DNA of 64,000 nucleotides from Microbotryum violaceum (Eukaryota): NCBI GenBank assembly GCA_001244265.2, contig CDLV01000019.1:248001-312000 (forward strand). The letters run 5' to 3'. A model generated the notes under the pieces. That model was not told where the DNA came from. It was given only the letters and a program-made list of their open reading frames with translations, and made no database searches. Positions 60,983 to 64,000 of this stretch are shown here, in pieces. Numbering within the stretch: position 1 is the first letter of the stretch; every line of letters begins with the position of its first letter. The position numbers and the translations under genes are program-made.

Positions 60983-62284
60983 TCAGCTTCCCCCGTTCGC
61001 GCCTACGACGACCTCACCCCCCAAAGCGGCCGCAACAGCCGCCGCGACGCCGGCTTCGATATCCAGATCGATGCTCGTCAATGCCGCGAGGGGGTCGATA
61101 TCGACGTTCATCGCGTCAGTAGTGTCTTCCTTGCTGATGGACTCGGGTATTTCTGTATTGATGACTGGAACGGCGTCTTGAGGTATGATGGATGTTGTTG
61201 TAGTCGTTGCTGCTGGTGTGGAGGTCACTTCGGTCGTAGGGATGGAAGGGAGTATGGTCAAAGGCGTAGAGGGGACGCCGAGTCCTGTTCCTGCTGCTGG
61301 TGGTGCCGTTGTAGGCTCGGGTTCGACGGACACCTTTCTCTTCTTGGCTCGACGGTCTTGTTCACTTTGCACCTTCATGGACTCGGAGTTGAATATTGTT
61401 GGGAGTGATGGCACCGCATCAGATACGACCGTCGGCTGAGTTTCCGAAGCTGCAGGGGTCGATGTTGGTGGTGGCGTGGTGGAAGGGACCGCTGCTGGTG
61501 CTGCTTGCACGACGGCGTTTGAAGTTGCCTGCACCTCTGCAAGCCGTTCCGGATCGGTCAATTTCCAATCCATTTCACCGGCCTTGAGCGCCTCGAGTTC
61601 CTTGTACGCATCTCTGAATCAAGAGACAAAAGGAGGACTGTATAAGCGCGAATGCTCCGGGTGTCGTGATGGGAACGGTCGCTCAAACACACTTGAAGCG
61701 ATCGACATGCTGCTGCATCACGCCTCTGAGTTCGTACACCCTTTCGAGGTACCACTTGCGAGCGACTTGGAGCAGTTGCGCCGAGTGTTGCGGTTGCGGT
61801 TGCTCGCTACAGTGAGTGAATGTTGAGCGTCAGCTTGAACGTGGGGGTGGGCCGATTTGGGAGGGAGGGGAGGGAGGACACTGACGGTGCTAGACCTAGT
61901 TGTTTGCTCAGAGCCGCATGAACGGTAGCCATTTTCTGTACGAGTAGCCGCAGAATGGCATGAGCTCGTCGAAACAAGAACTCATGCAGTCGTCGGGTCT
62001 GGGACTGACCTCGGCGGAGAAGAAGTGCTTTGGGCGATGGACCAACAACGGATGGCCTTGCAACAGCTTGGACGCGGCCTTGAATTCTGCTGTGCCCGTC
62101 TCGTACACTGGAAATAGGAACCAATCGGCTCAGAAAATGGAGCTCATCTGCGCCGATGCACAAGTGACTGACCTGCTTGGACGACGAGGGTCTTTTCGGT
62201 GATGGACAGGCCTTGCAGCGCTTGCTCTTGCTTGGGCGTGAGGGGTAGAGGAGGCAAAGGTGGCGCCTTGGCTTTGGGTGGCAT
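60983..62284 (-). CDS. Hypothetical protein resembling the BRD8 N-terminal region, no bromodomain
   Basis: Spliced LVVQAVYETG..ASKLLQGHPLL..RPKHFFS...ARKWYLERVYELR..ELEALKAGEMDWKL, then a low-complexity tail. One junction (~61807-61895) has ambiguous phase. Confidence 0.55.
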
Positions 62285-62499
62285 CGTGGCAAGGGACACC
62301 GGACTGGATGGACGCTGACACTGATATCGAGAACGGGAGAGACGAGCAGGTGAAGAGCAAAAGGTAGCAGAAGCGCGAAGGAGCGCCGAGACGGCAACGC
62401 GCCTCCAGTCGGTGAACCGGCCCTGGCTTGGCTTGCTGACTGCTTGCTGTCACCTTCTCTCACCAGCTCGCACAAGCAGCCAAAGTGGAACAAAGCAAA

Positions 62500-62985
62500 A
62501 TGATCGGGACCAGGACCGTTGCCTCACGCACCCGCTTCACGCAGCTCAGTCGCACCCCGCTCGGAGTCAGTGCACGCAACCACTCGAACTCGTCTTCGCA
62601 CTCGTCGTCATCCTCGAAGACGTCAGCGGGCAAGTCCAAGACCGCCGAGCACGAGACGGCTTCATCGCACCCAGCACCCACTACTACTTCCTCGACCAAG
62701 TCTTCCGTCATTCAATCTGATTCTTCCTCTACATCACCAGGCTACTCGGCGACGATTCTCTCCTCGCAGACGACCCCGAACTCCGCCACCTCAAACTCTG
62801 CCTCGGCTATTACTGCTGCTCCCCGTCGACCTCCGACGATCGCGGAGAAGGAAGTCGAAGCGCTACGTCGACTGGAAGAACGGTTCGGTGGCGCGCACGA
62901 GGCCCAACTGGGTGAACTGGATGAACATGGTCGACCGAGGGGAATGGCCAAGTATGTCAGTGGTAACCTTTTCAGGTTGATCTGA
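62500..62985 (+). CDS. Small hypothetical protein, probable mitochondrial presequence
   Basis: Single ORF with an Arg/Ser/Thr-rich N-terminus and an ordered C-terminus (ERFGG...GRPRGMAKYVSGNLFRLI). Confidence 0.65.
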   Translation: MIGTRTVASRTRFTQLSRTPLGVSARNHSNSSSHSSSSSKTSAGKSKTAEHETASSHPAPTTTSSTKSSVIQSDSSSTSPGYSATILSSQTTPNSATSNSASAITAAPRRPPTIAEKEVEALRRLEERFGGAHEAQLGELDEHGRPRGMAKYVSGNLFRLI

Positions 62986-63273
62986 AACGCAAAAAGTGGG
63001 GGCTATTGCAGTGAGCTTGGGCTTGTAAAGGGGCTCGGCCGGGGTTCTGCATGCATCCTTTGTACAGTCGTGGATTCATGTTAATCAAGGTTCGGTATGC
63101 GTCGGGCACTAGGTCTGGCGCGACCGAGCCACCAAATGTGAACTGCCTGGCTCAGCCCGTCTACTGCGGGCCGTCTCAGGCCGTCTCGGTGTTCAGGCGC
63201 TCGGGCTCTCTGCCCGAACGGCGCCACCACGGCTCTCCATCCTACTTAAACCTCAACCACTCCCGCGATTGCC

Positions 63274-64000
63274 ATGGTGAGACCCACCACGGCTTGGGCT
63301 TCCAAGCTCGATCTTCAACCTGGGATTGGTCTAGGACCTTTCCACATCGGTGAGCACGTTTAAGCCCTTCCAGTGATGACCGAGCGGTGACGTTCACGTT
63401 CACGTACGCGTCACTTCACGACGTCACGTGTTGTGGGGGCGGGCCGCCCCACACGCAGACGGGCTCGACCGCGATCACGGCGACAAGATAAGGTCTGGGC
63501 GGTCTAGTACCCACTGCAGAGTTGTAGAGACTGATTCAATCTTATCGGTCTCGATCATCGCCCCACTCGAACCCAGGCACGACCTTGTTCGACGTCATCA
63601 ACTTGCTGCGGAGCCATCGCTCGACCTACCCGACCGTGCACCTCGCCTGGGATGACAAGGTTAGCCATCACTAGGACTAGAGAGGCATAAACTCGGACGC
63701 AGAACTGACACCACATCTTACTCGGACCAGGCTCCTTCAACCAGCTCAATCCACATTCAGCTACTCAAGCCCAGCCCACTTGCGCTCCGCTTCGACGCGA
63801 TGACCCAACGGCTCTTACGCATCCAACTCGAAGGGCAAGCCACGCCAAGCTTGATCTATCGAGGCAAACCCTTCACCCATCCTTCGGAAGATTCCGAACA
63901 CCAAGATGCCAAGACCTTGATTCGGAGGTTGTTGGGCCCGACATATTCTTCCCCTTCGACCGAGACTTCGAGCTCGGGGCCCAACAGGCATTCGAGTGCC
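63274..64000 (+). CDS. UPF0183 / PHAF1 (C16orf70)-like protein, 5' part (runs off the window)
   Basis: Spliced LDLQPGIGLGPFHIGTTLFDVINLLR...LALRFDAMTQRLLRIQL...LLGPTY over three exons. Confidence 0.7.

Noticed and set aside
62500-62985. SDHAF4 assignment
   Set aside because: Lacks the EPTRYGDW-type motif; left as hypothetical.

Overview
Eukaryotic (fungal) genomic DNA with intron-rich genes (short introns, GTGAGT/GTCAGT donors, CTGAC/CTAAC branch points). Gene style suggests a basidiomycete, probably Pucciniomycotina; this is inference. Bases 1-9170 are a nest of dead transposons. A probable LTR 3' end (1-182) abuts a decayed Ngaro/DIRS-type tyrosine-recombinase retrotransposon (RT-RNaseH, YR, 64-bp split direct repeats). 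A ~644-bp (AAC)n tract lies between those repeats, and the element ends inside the endonuclease domain of an L1/Tx1-type LINE. The rest is a gene-dense block: PAQR/IZH, isovaleryl-CoA dehydrogenase, RPL4, CCDC25/JLP2 (with a nonsense codon), a tetraspan protein, a mucin-like protein, a KilA-N/APSES protein with a C-terminal membrane anchor (Bqt4-like), an arabinitol-dehydrogenase-like SDR, SDT1, PRMT3, DUF1748, a TCO89-like protein, a MARVEL-like protein, eIF2-gamma, alpha-tubulin, NHP2, two tandem AA7/BBE-like oxidases (the second frameshifted), TVP38/TMEM41, a BRD8-N-like protein, a small hypothetical protein and the start of UPF0183/PHAF1. Gene spans run from start to stop across introns and were spliced by eye. 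Family calls rest on remembered motifs, not searches. No tRNA, rRNA or CRISPR was recognised.
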